Part shown: positions 14,708 through 26,290 of the stretch, in pieces | Layout of the letters: every line of letters starts with the position of its first letter | Position numbering within the stretch: position 1 is the stretch's first letter | DNA from: Schmidtea polychroa | Lineage: Eukaryota | Reading direction: 5' to 3' | Length of the DNA stretch: 60,000 nt | Assembly: GCA_044892525.1 (NCBI GenBank) | Contig: CM097885.1 | Coordinates: 36,768,001-36,828,000, forward strand | Translations under genes and position numbers: made by a program | Notes under the pieces: model-generated | Database searches by the model: none | Told to the model about the DNA's origin: nothing | Seen by the model: only the letters and a program-made list of their open reading frames with translations

Positions 14708-17700
14708 GAACTTTTAATTCTTTCAATTTCCCCACTGACTATTTTATCCATTGAATTATAAAGAGAGTTTGAAGAATATAAATCAGTAATATATCGATGT
14801 TTGTTGATACTCACGAATTTTCGGCACTGCCTTTTTCAAGTTAATTTGATCTAATTCTAATTCTTTTTAATATATAATGTAAAATCCAATGATTAACACT
14901 ATTTATCTAACATTGTATAATCAAATCACATAATAATTGAATTGATAAGTTGTAAATTCTTAAGTTTGGATTTGATGCTTTGTTTATAATTCTTCTGATA
15001 TTAATATGAATTTTATAGAAACATTGAATGATACCGAGATGTATGCTATTCAATAAGAAATTTCCCAGCTCTTGAACCTTATTAACAACATATTTCTGCT
15101 TGAGTTTTTTTTTCAGTGATGCATTTAATAAAATTCGACATTAATGTTTTTTTCATGGGAGATAGACTATAAATTAATGTAATGATTATGAGCTATGATT
15201 AATGCCGACTGAATGAATTCAAATGGAACCGGCTTCAAATGTTTTGTACTTTTATTCATAAACAAAATCCAATAACTGTCATTAAAACAATATATACTAT
15301 TATATATAACTTGACTATTTAGATTAAACACAAATAAAATGTGTAATTACCAGAAAACTCTTACAATTTTTAAATTTAAATGTTTACACAACTTCAAGAA
15401 TTCCTTATTTGATTCTCTTTTGAGAAGTGTTAATCAGAAAAACATCAGAATAATCAAAATAGACAATGAAGTATATTAGTCATTTGATTAACAATAATTT
15501 CATTGTACTTTTGTAACTTAATATCCTAAAATGTATCATTTTCCTTTTTGTCTACATTTGATCTGTTCTTTTTCCTTTAGAATTTCATTTATCTTCATGT
15601 AGATTTCAACTATAGATCAATATTGTATTGATTGCTTTTAATTCAAATAGTATTAATAATTAGAAATGCCAAAAATAGATATTATTGATTGAATTAAAAT
15701 TTTAAAATTTCTACATTTGATTTTGACATTTTTGTAAGAATTTCAGAAATTATAAACAAATATTAATCTTAATTCCAAAAATGCTAATTTAAATGAAATT
15801 AGAATTATAAGTATGAAATTAAGTTTTATTTTTAATAATTATTAAACTTGCTGATATAAAATTTTAAAAATTATAATTACCTTCTGGGACATCAACAAAA
15901 TATTGCGCATAAATATTTTGGTGTTCAAAATCATATGCATAAGCTAAATATAATAATAAAATAATATAGTTACATTAAATAAAAATGTTTATTCCTTATT
16001 ATTTTTATCTATCATATATTTGCATCATTTGTATAAAGTAAACAATTTCTTTATTAATAAAATCAATCTTTTATTTTATTTTATTTATTAAAATATGCAA
16101 AAAATAATCAAGAAATAAAATTTGTTTAAGTTAACCAATAAAGCAGCACAAAAGAAGAGCGGAAAAACAAAAATAAAGAAAATAACGAGAAAAAGCTCAA
16201 AGAAAAATTTATTTGTATAAAATTAAATTGGAAAAATAGAATTATTACTTTCATTACTACTAATATTATAATTATCCTGGTCATTTTAGCATCATTGCCG
16301 GTTCTAGTAACATTCACAGGATCAGTGAGTAATATATGTCATTAATATATCTTAATTTCAGTCTAAGCAGAAAACCAACCATTTATCATGGCGCGCCAAC
16401 CGTCCAGGAAAAAAGGGTGAAACGCCATAGATTGCCCACAAGTCTGAATAGCGTTGTCATCGAATCATAAATTTAAAAAATAAAATCTTATTTAATTTGT
16501 TAAGGTTTTTAATATAACCTAATAATTCATTTTTCTTTTATAAGTTTTAGCTTGAACTGTATTTTTTAACATAGGACATATAGGTTTTGATCATTAATGG
16601 AGTTTATATATAAATTGGTATTTATATATAAATTGAATAAAATATTTGGTTTATACAGAATTGGGTAATCATTGTAAGGGAGGTCGTTTGAGTTGGATTT
16701 AACTTAGTTTAAACGATGTAGTAGTATCAGAGATTTAGCTTAAGTGCCTTATCATTTCGAATTGATAATAAATAACATCAACAATAGCTTAAATACGACT
16801 TAATTAAAACAAAAAATTGTATAATGAATAATTTCGTTTTACTTTCATCAGCACTATCGTAGTCATTTCGATAGAGGCCACAGATTAACTATGTTTCCTG
16901 TTTCGTACTGTTTAGGCGCTTCAGCCCATTAGCAGCTCTTGTGTTATCGCCCACCTTTTCGCTGACATCCACCTGCTAAATCGCAGTACTAACGTCGCTT
17001 ACGACGATCATTTAGTGGTTAAATAAAATAATTATATGCAGAATCTAGGAGAATCTAGAATCTAGAACCCACTAATGACTAAAACTAATTCAATTTTTAC
17101 AATGAATTCATTTACAAACAGTTCTGTGAACAACCGTTTATCACGAATTTGTATATCAATAACATGCAAACAACGAACTATTTGACTCAAAATCGGAAGA
17201 TTCTAAAGACACCATTTAAGAAGTAGATTGCAATTTTGAATTGAAAGTTATTGCTAACCTGGTCTGGAGGTGTGATATCGAGTTAAAAAATGCGAAAAGT
17301 AATTAGTTCTTATTAGCTCCATAAATTCTCCGATTAAGTTTATCAGTATATTCAGTTGAAATGGGATGTTTCTTCTTCTTTCTTCTTGAACATTAATACT
17401 TGTATCCGTTTAACCCACTTTAATATTATAGAATTTGCATTACAACATTCTCATATGCCAATCGTTTGAAATTCGTTTAATTTTCAGAAAAGCATAAAAT
17501 TATGCTCACCCAAATAAAAATTAAATACAATTGATTAAAATTAAATATTCGATGAAATTAATTTAAATCAAATCTTTGTCAATAAAAATAAAAGTTTTTC
17601 ATATTAACAGTAATTAATTACAATTTTCAATTTAATTATATAAGTTAAAGAGCCAATTTGGCGTGAAATATATTATTAGAAAATATTCAATTGTTGAATT

Positions 17701-20700
17701 TTTTTAAATTCAGAAATTAAATAAAAAAAATTTCCTTGTGGGAAATTTTATAATCAGATAAAAAGTATTTAGCAGAAATAAAAATCTTACCAATTTCTCC
17801 ACTGACAAAAAGCCTGATCGAATCGTTAGGAATCTTAGTTTTCACGAAAAGAAGGAAATTTAATTTATTATAAAATAGTAAACATTTAGTACTTTATTAT
17901 CGAAATTAGGTCCCACCAAACTCTGTATCCGATTAGTAGATCTTGCGTATAGCTGGAACAATTAAATAATTAACGAATTCATTAAGTGATGATAATACAT
18001 TATCAATATTCTTTCGTATATAATGAAACCACTTTTGCTCGATATAGGTCAATTTTTATGCAGGTCATGGGTTACCATAGCAACCGAATGATAACTGTGA
18101 AAATAGATCAAATTTTAAGGTCATGGTGATTTTAAAGTCATAATAAGTCAAATAATTGACCTACTTCTTTAGAAGATCTTGGTCTATATCGTTCGTGAAT
18201 ACACCTGTCTACTCGGGATCTTTCTATATACGATTCTAAGCATCAATTTTAGAATCACGAATGAAAGATCGTGAAAAAGTAGGTATGTAGATAGGTATAA
18301 GTTAGCCCAATGGACTACTATAACTGATCGCACATATTTATCCTCTTCTCTCTAAAATAGCACCAGTTTTCGATTTCGCAAATGAAGTTTCCACGCATCT
18401 GATCAATGAGTTATCGCGCATTTTTTATTTATTTATTTACATTCGCTAGTATTGATTTTTATAGTGCAGGAAAATGTGCAAAAAAAAGTATCTTTTGGTT
18501 TTCAAACTATAGTCGAAAGCACTCAAATATTTTCCACCATAAAAATATAATTAATGATTTTTAAGTGCAAAATGCAATTTGATTATAGTCAGAAGTATTT
18601 TTGGTTATTCTTGAAATGGAAACCATATTTTTTTCAGATATTCTACATGAAAAGGACGTGTTCTCTGACTACAAACAAGATTATATACAAAAATCAAGGA
18701 AAATATTTATTTTCGACAGACTTTTTGTGTTTTTAAGGAATCTATTTGGGAACATTGGGAACACGGCATAATTAGTCGAGACATACTTCATGAAAAGGTT
18801 GCGTCTTGATTCGACTAATAAGAATCTGAAATAAAATCCTCTAAAGGTTTCTTACTTCTCCAAGGAATTAAGAAAATGTAAAATCAGTCGATAATTCTCA
18901 AAAATTAGGCTATGTCCGAATGGACTTAGAAATATTTTCATCGTATTTATTTATGACAGATCATCGAAAAATTGAGATATTTTGACGGGACTTTAAACTT
19001 TCATCGGTAATTTTCAATAGTGATCTTGAGTCTTTGATCAAATGTCTAATATTATTGCGCGAAACATGAATATTCGTTTAAATAAATTTACTTATTATTA
19101 TATAGAGCCCAAGATTTCAATAGAGGTAATTTCTATGGCCTCGATCTATTACAAGGTATTATTAAGTTAACATTGGAACTCTAGGAAAGGATTTATTTTC
19201 GATAAACTTTTTGTGTTTTTAAGGAACCATTTTGGGAACCAGGAGAACGCGAGGTAATTACTCAAAATATCCACCATGAAAAAGTTGCGTTTTTGTTCAA
19301 TTAATTTGATTATAGTTGCTATATAAATTAATCAAAAATGACTATGATAATTAATAAGTTTAAAATAGAAATATAACATCCAAGAAACATTATTTCAAAT
19401 TACTTCTTTTAACAATTTCATTTCCTTTTCTTTTTCCGAAGAAGGCGTTGGAGTGGAAACATTTTTGATTGAATATTCAAAGTTTTCTATGAGAAAAATA
19501 AAAATCACTTTCCGAAATTCCATGAAACCTTTATTGACGGGATTTTCCACAACATAAAGAGTATCGCCTTTAGTAAAATCAGGTTGTAGGACAATACATC
19601 CGCTTTTGTCAGCGCTAATTTTACAGAGAACAATTTCCTGTGACTCAAAATTGTTACTTTCTTCATTTGAATCATTAATTGAACACCCTAGATCAGCCAT
19701 GATGAACATTTCCTGTTCTGAAGAGCGTACTGAATGACGAATTTCATCCGGATTCTCGAGTACTGGGTTATATTTCCCACCGCTTTTCCATATGTCACTT
19801 TCAAAATAAATAGGATGTAAGTAATATTGTAATTTTAGATATTAAATTACTCTACAGTGTGTTTGCTTTTATCCACCATTTCCCCAATGTAAGACAAAGT
19901 ATTTGGATCTTTAGTTGTAAGGATCTATTACAAGGTATTATTAAGTTAACATTGGAACTCTAATAATTATTAATGGTAAATTATTACTATTTATTTGAAT
20001 AGAATGCAGCAGATTACTCTCTACATCAGTGGTTACCAAACTTTTTGGACCCACAGCTTCCTTGATTCTAAAATCTTTTCCCAGCGCCCCACAGGATGAC
20101 AGACTGCATGACTCAGTCAGAAATATAAAAATCACACACATTATTTCAAATACCATAAAAGGTAATTAAATTAAATTAATTCGAACAATGATTACAATTA
20201 TTATAAGTCTGGCAGTCATTTAAGAAAAATCTTAGAATTATATTTAATAGATTTTAGTATTAATCAAACATTCAGTGTGTTTTCATGAGTATTACGTATT
20301 ACTTATTTGGAAGCGAGGTTGATCCTTAACGCCTATTTATAGTATTATTCAAAGTTATAAATTTTTTTTAGGTTTAAAAAAATACCCTTATAATGGAACG
20401 AAAATACGTATTGCAGTAACTAATGAAATTCACAATTTAGTCATTGATATGGCTAACTCTGCAAATAAGCCCTTGAGTAAAGATATCGCTTCTGCCTTTG
20501 GATTAAGTATTAGTTCGGTCAGAAATATGCTAAACAAGCAACAAGGCGGGATTGGTTATGTTTCATCAACTCAAAAGAGGAAAGAAACATGGGATAGAAA
20601 AAAATCAATCCTATCTGATCCAGAAAACGCCTTGTTTAATGATGTTGCATGTAACAACGAACTTTTGCAGTCAGAAATAGTAACAGAGAAAACAGGTGTT

Positions 20701-22616
20701 GTTTTGTCACAGCCATCGGTGGTTCGCAAATTGAAGAAACTGAATATAATCAGAAGACGTCTCACTCTTGTGCCGGCAAAGCGTATTCACCTGATAATTT
20801 AGACAAAATAGCAATTTACGCGGGGAAAATTGTTAGATTATCACCAGAAAACCTAGTTTTTTGAACGAATCTGGATTCAATATTCACTGCTGGCGCCGTT
20901 ATGGGTACAGTTATGTTAATGAGAATGCGTATGTCACGGTACCTGGTAACCATAATATTAACAAAATCTTGCTTTGCGCTATTAACATTAATGGTCCTAT
21001 TACATTCGAGTACAGATCAGGTGCTTATAATGCAGAGTTACTTATGTCTTTTATTGACAGTTAGTTGGCACACTATTTTGTTATGCATACTGATTATACA
21101 TTGATTATGGATAACGTGCCTTTCTATAGATCCAGATTTCTGATTAAAGCCTTGAGTAGGCATAGAATAAGTAAAGAATATTTACCGCTATGGTCACCTC
21201 AACTTAATCCTATTGAGGATTTTTTTTAGTATGGTTAAATCAAAGTTCAGAGTCATGAAAGCATCCGATAATGAAATTACTGTTGAGGAAACTTTATTTA
21301 ATATTTTATCTGAGAATAATATATATGTTGAGCAATGCCATGGGTTTTGGAGAACTATGTGAAGGTGGATAAAAAAAGCATTGAGAAGGGAGCCTTTTAT
21401 TTGATTAAAAAATATCAAGATATATTTCTTTGTTTTTATTATATAATATCTTCACATGTATTTTAATGTTTTCCATATTGTTAAAAATTAAATTTATAAC
21501 TATAAATAGTAATATGTCTAGGGCCAGAAATGCTCCTTCAGATTTCTTCATCACCTACTGGTGAGTGATGCAACGCCAGTGGGGAACTTATACCTTAAAT
21601 AACGGAAGACATTTTTAGATAAATTTAATTATGATATAAAGAAACTATTAAGGTTTAGACTGTTTTGCCTTTTGTTAAATATTTGAACCCTCATGGTGTT
21701 ACAATATGAGAAATGAGTTAAAACCAAAAAATATATATTGATTTTTTGTTTTCAATACAAAAATCTCACCCCTCCTCAATCAAGTCAACGGTTTGTGATT
21801 TTTTAAATAATATTTTATATAGTATCATAAATTCTTATTACTCAATATGAATCATAAATTGAGAATTCACAAAGGAAATTTAATTTTTTTTAATTATATA
21901 TTTGAAAACAAAATTTTTGACCAGACAAAATATCTAAAATAAAACTCTTATCTTCAACTGTCTAATGAAAATGAATAAAAACTACATCTAATGTTTGAAC
22001 AATAATTTATATACAAATTAAATTATCTATAAAGGTTGCTTTTAAGAATAATTTTTAATACTTAATTATCATTAAATTTAATAATTTTTAATTATGTGAG
22101 AAAACAGGACAAAATTAACAAAGTGAACATACCGGTATTTGTTGAGCAAATGCATCATGATTGACATATGTGAATAATCTTTTCGTTGGAAATCCTGTAG
22201 TTTGTCTAAGACCAATTTAATGAATTTATCGAGAAAATTAATAAAATTACTTAATTGTTTTCACTTCACGGATATACTTTTCTTCTATCACGCTTGGATT
22301 AACCAAATTTGTGGAAAATCTTATTCTTTCTCGCTTTGAGTTAATGAAGTTAAAAATATCAATATAAAAACAAAGTTTACCGGACTAAAAACTTTCTGTT
22401 GCCAGCTAAATGTAAATTCTTCTGAATAATTTAATGCGTTTGAATTCTCATCAATTTGAAAAGTTGATGTTACTTTAGAAATTTTTACTCTAAATTATAC
22501 AGCGAAATGAGATATAAATTATTGTAATTAAAATACTTAATTTTTAAATTTGGTAAAGCATTAGGTTTAATTCTATAACTTGCAACTCCATATCTTAATT
22601 CTTTTAAATGTGACAT
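1119..22616 (-). CDS. MKS1: Meckel syndrome type 1 protein (B9-domain transition-zone protein), about 18 exons
   Basis: Hand-spliced GT-AG exons give [15 protein letters not shown] (22616), [51 protein letters not shown] (19.5-19.8 kb), [43 protein letters not shown] (15881-15943), [67 protein letters not shown] (10389-10522), [12 protein letters not shown] (10252-10334) and AFRRARERL..stop (1119-1189), collinear with known MKS1 motifs. Some exon edges are approximate. Confidence 0.9.
1660..3646 (+). mobile_element. Internally deleted, decayed hAT transposon
   Basis: CAG...CTG imperfect termini and 8-bp TSD CTTCTATT/CTTCCATT (7/8). Broken transposase with [22 protein letters not shown] and the C-terminal [28 protein letters not shown] dimerisation motif. 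Confidence 0.8.
3020..3500. mobile_element. Tigger/pogo-type MITE nested in the hAT element
   Basis: TIR CAGTAATACCCCG / CGGGGTATTACTG, TA on both sides, internal TTACGTACA repeats. Confidence 0.85.
4164..4244. repeat. (TA)n microsatellite
   Basis: Pure TA run. Confidence 0.95.
4723..7372 (+). CDS. hAT transposase in three overlapping ORFs (two frameshifts at homopolymers)
   Basis: TTF-type Zn finger ([16 protein letters not shown]), [52 protein letters not shown]. Confidence 0.88.
7632..9639. mobile_element. Tigger/pogo-type non-autonomous element containing a hAT fragment
   Basis: TIR CAGGAAAAACTCGATTAACGTGG versus reverse complement CAGGGAACTCTCGATTAACGCGG. TA TSD at 7630-31 and 9640-41; removal restores actin FTTTA. 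Confidence 0.85.
8140..9355 (-). pseudogene. 5'-truncated, frameshifted hAT transposase
   Basis: [21 protein letters not shown] and [13 protein letters not shown] across several frames. Confidence 0.85.
11016..11439. mobile_element. piggyBac-type MITE
   Basis: TTAA on both sides; long imperfect TIR CTTTCGAGAACCGAAACCT / AGGTTTCGGTACTCGAAGG. Confidence 0.8.
11638..12309 (+). mobile_element. Decayed mariner element
   Basis: About 28-bp imperfect TIRs; LQDNVPIH and [13 protein letters not shown] resemble mariner HDNA.H and PPYSPDLAPSDF. Confidence 0.75.
12569..13322 (+). mobile_element. Internally deleted mariner element
   Basis: TA-flanked imperfect TIRs; HTH remnant [26 protein letters not shown] and a WVPH-like linker remnant. 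Confidence 0.8.
13530..13900 (+). mobile_element. Penelope-like reverse transcriptase fragment
   Basis: YVDDTF near 13565 followed by [15 protein letters not shown] and [14 protein letters not shown]. Confidence 0.7.
18071..18084. promoter_or_regulatory. Consensus RFX X-box inside an MKS1 intron
   Basis: GTTACCATAGCAAC fits the palindromic X-box GTTRCCATRGYAAC. Confidence 0.5.
18710..19292. repeat. Diverged direct repeat pair of about 95 bp (about 18710-18806 and 19190-19292)
   Basis: Shared CTTTTTGTGTTTTTAAGGAA..TTTGGGAAC..CATGAAAA.GTTGCGT. Confidence 0.7.
20393..21404 (+). mobile_element. Decayed IS630/Tc1-like transposase
   Basis: [32 protein letters not shown] and [11 protein letters not shown], with stops and frameshifts. 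Confidence 0.8.
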
Positions 22617-22622
22617 ATTTGT

Positions 22623-22636
22623 GTTACTAATGTAAC
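22623..22636. promoter_or_regulatory. X-box-like palindrome just upstream of the MKS1 ATG
   Basis: GTTACTAATGTAAC, an imperfect RFX motif next to a ciliary gene start. Confidence 0.35.
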
Positions 22637-24481
22637 ATTGTTAGGTTGGTAAATATTTAAAGAAATATTTAAAAATGTCGAGAAATTTTATTTTAACTTT
22701 CTTATAATTTCAAATAGAAAATCAAATGGAAATAGGTTTTTTGAATAGAAAATAATTATTATAAATTATATAAAAATTACATTTTAAAAAATAAATATAA
22801 ATTTTAAAACTTTATGGTATTTTTGATTAAGAATAGATGATATTAAAAAGTTACACACTATTTATTTTGATTTTGTATTTCTTAACTGGTTAGAATACTT
22901 TATGCGTAACTTTCATTACTACTATATTCGATAAACGTATTTAAAATATTTTTGATTTTACATTTCAGATTTCACTTTCATAGTTATTTTTTTTACTTAT
23001 TTTGAATTTAAATATATTCAACTACGGTGAATCAGTGGGAAAATATATGGGCTACTACGAAATTGGATCGAACAATCAGTATCATGGAAGCAGTAATGCA
23101 AAATAATCAATCATAGGTTACATCCATAGTCAGTCGCGACAATAATAGATTTTGGCCTGTTGGAAGACAGGATGCAAATAGAACCTTCATCGACCATTAC
23201 CGTTTTGAATAAAACGAGTGACCACACAGACTAATGTAAACACCCTCCAAAACTGACAGATCTAACTCTAATATTTAAGTCAATTTGTAATTATTAACTT
23301 CACTATCCTTTACAAATTTTTATTATCGAACGTTTCAACTCTATCTAACTTATTACAAAATTATTCTTGTTAGATTACCTCTAAATTGATTTTCTACGAA
23401 AATGACAAATAAAAAGTAGTAACCCCTTATAAGTCATTTTGATCTTGGAGATTTAATTTAAGTCCAATTATTTCTATATCTGACTTCGGTAGAGTAATCA
23501 CAACTTTAAATTACAACCATCAGGTGTGTAGTTTAGGGATTGTAAGATAATCATCGCGTCAATGTAGTCATTATGTACAATTCACTTAATATAAGGATTC
23601 TCTTTCTTCATAGATTTTTCTCTACTATGTTAGAAACACATCGCCATACAAATATATGTCTTCATTTGAATTACATTTGGATATTTAGTAGTTCAATATT
23701 AATGCTTTTAACTTCCGTAACCGTTTAGATATCACTGATCCTGTCAGAAAGCTAGCTAATCGAAAGTATACATTTTGTGTACATATTGGAACAGAGGTTG
23801 CTCAATTGATGACCCAGGTTGGCCAAATTCATGGATAAAATAAACTGGGTCAATAGCACGTTGTTTACCTTGGAATAGGCAAAGGAATTTCAGAAGCAAA
23901 TAAAACGCCTAGGCAGGTGTGGAGAAGACCTAATTATCGTGAGTCACGCGCTAATGCAGATCTACATTCTGGTAGAACTAGAGACACGGATCCTGAGTCT
24001 ACTAACGGCTGATGAGGCTTATGACTTTTCGTTCAATCACATCTCCGAGTCCATAAGCTCTCCAGTCGTACTTGTGAGACCTACTCTAATGTTAGAGCAA
24101 GTGACACCCACTCCGATTCCCAAAAATCTTCTTCAGATAGTGTACTCGTAAAAGATAAAAATTTTAAATTCAAAACTTTAGAAAGTTTGACATAATTGAA
24201 AGTATTTACTTTGATTATAATTTGGAAAAGAAATTGGGATTACGGCGAAAAATGTATATCGAATATGTTATAACTAATGAAGGTTTGATATTGCTGGAAA
24301 TAATTTAACATCAACAAATATCCATCTATATTGATATTATTGAATCCATAATAGTAGATAGATATGGGCCAATCATCAATATATCATCAATTTTATTTTA
24401 AATTATTTTCGTAATTTGATACATTAACTGACCGAAACATTAAGTAAACTTTATGTCACCTAAATTCATCATATTACTCCA

Positions 24482-25481
24482 TGTAACTTACTTAGAAAAC
24501 ACATAGTTAGATATCTTGTTGTTTTAATAATTGGGAATTTGCGGTTTTTGTGAATTAAATAAAACTTGTCATCTATAAATTCTTTGAATAAATATATATT
24601 GTTAGTTTCAAGATTTTTCTGCGAAATTTAAAGATGGATCTAAAGACGGATTTAACTCTGCGACCACGCCGAAAATCAAAATATCAACGCCATTTCGAAA
24701 TCGACAAAATCGCTAATGAAATGCCTACCGAAATCACACTGAACATCAGACGATATGATGGACGAGGTTTAAAAGAAGCGAAGAATGGATCAGAGATATA
24801 GAAGAATGGTTGCTGACAAATGGACAGCGATTGATAAGCACTTTCGATGTGTTATTAGTGGCAGAAGCAAAGACATTGTGGGGAAACGTCAGAGAAACAG
24901 AAACAACAGATGTAAAAGCCAAAGCGTGGTTCTTAAATACGTTCACAATTACAAAATCAATAACTGACAAAATCAGAGAATTGGCAGCTATGGAACAGGA
25001 AGATGATGAAAGGTTTGCAGCTTTTGAGATACGGCTAAGAAAAGCTTTAGCTGAAGTTGTAAATTCAGGACGATCAGAAGAAGATATTGTTCAAGACCTC
25101 ATCGCAAATAAAGCACGCGATGCGAGACTGATGGAGATACTATTGACGAAACCAGAAACAAAAATTGAAGAAACGAGATCATTGGCGAAAATTTTTGAAA
25201 GTAACAAAAATGGAAACCATAAAACAGAATTTGTTAAAGCAATCGGTCAAAGAACATACGCTAGCGTGACTGAGGGAGGGCAGATGAGAATTCAACAGAA
25301 TACCCAAAATCCCATGCCTACATCACCACAAAGAAGACTATCAGAAGACCCATTTAGTCACCACAGATCAAGAAGAGACGAACATCCTATACGCGGACCA
25401 ATACAATATGAAGGAAATAACCATGGTCGTCGAGAACAATCTCCAAGAGAACAATTCTTGAGAAATGCGAGAATCGTGAAT
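24482..25481 (+). mobile_element. Ty3/gypsy-like 5' fragment: possible short LTR (24482-24610) plus truncated gag
   Basis: TG..CA segment with AATAAA. Gag from ATG 24721 (IRRYDG, frameshift, EWIRDIEEWL..FDVLLVAEAKTLW, QEDDERFAAFEIRLR) is cut at 25481. Confidence 0.65.
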
Positions 25482-25640
25482 AGTAGATGGATGTGGGCCA
25501 TCCAGACCAGGGGCCCTCTGGACCACATATACCCCCCTGCCCCCTCCCCCCGGGAAAAAAATTTTTTTAATAAAAGGTCAAGGTCAAGGTCATTTTTTTT
25601 TAAATTAATTGGTCCAGAGGGCCCCTACTTTTTTTCATCC
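25482..25640. mobile_element. Second, unpaired Polinton-type terminus
   Basis: AGTAGATGGATGTGGGCCA followed by C-rich tracts and AAGGTCAAGGTCAAGGTCA. Confidence 0.6.
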
Positions 25641-25737
25641 CAAAAATTAATGTTCCCGCCAACAGATTTTATTGGACGATACCTCATCTTAAAGCTCAGT
25701 GCAAGACCTTTAAGATGAGTTATAGATTCCTATCATA

Positions 25738-26290
25738 CGATGACTCATCACATTTTTAGAACAAAGACAATGACTCATCCTATGACTCATCATATTTTTA
25801 GAACGATGCCTCATTATTTTAGAACGATGCCTCATATTTTTAGAACGATGCCTCATATTTTTAGAACGATGCCTCTTATTTTTAGAACAAAGACAATGAC
25901 TCATCCTATGACTCATCATATTTTTAGAACGATGCCTCATATTTTTAGAACGATGCCACATTATTTTTAGAATGATGCCTCATTATTTTTAGAACAAAGA
26001 CTCACCCAATGTCTCATCATATTTTTAGAACGATGCCTCATATTTTTAGAACGATGCCTCATTATTTTTAGAACAATGATTCATCATTTTTAGAACGATG
26101 CCTCATATTTTTAGAACGATGCCTCATTATTTTAGAACGATGACTCATCCCATGACTCACCTTATTTTTAGAACGATGCCTCATTATTTTAGAACGATGA
26201 CTCATCCTATGACTCACCTTATTTTTAGAACGATGCCTCATATTTTTAGAACGATGTCTCATTATTTTTAGAACAAAGAATCACCCAATG
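25738..26290. repeat. Compound minisatellite, about 21 units of TTTTTAGAACGATGCCTCATA with TGACTCA-containing variants
   Basis: Direct count of TTTTAGAA cores; 21-22-bp base period with longer variant units. Confidence 0.95.

Noticed and set aside
25482..25718. C-terminal extension of the gag ORF as a fusion protein
   Set aside because: Read-through into low-complexity terminus DNA.
25710..26262. Repetitive ORFs MTHHIFRT / MRHRSKN as a peptide precursor
   Set aside because: By-product of the 21-bp period; 22-bp units break the frame, and there is no signal peptide.
25738..26290. CRISPR-like array (constant TTTTTAGAAC with variable inserts)
   Set aside because: The inserts are short and repeated rather than unique, there are no cas genes, and the context is a eukaryotic TE.
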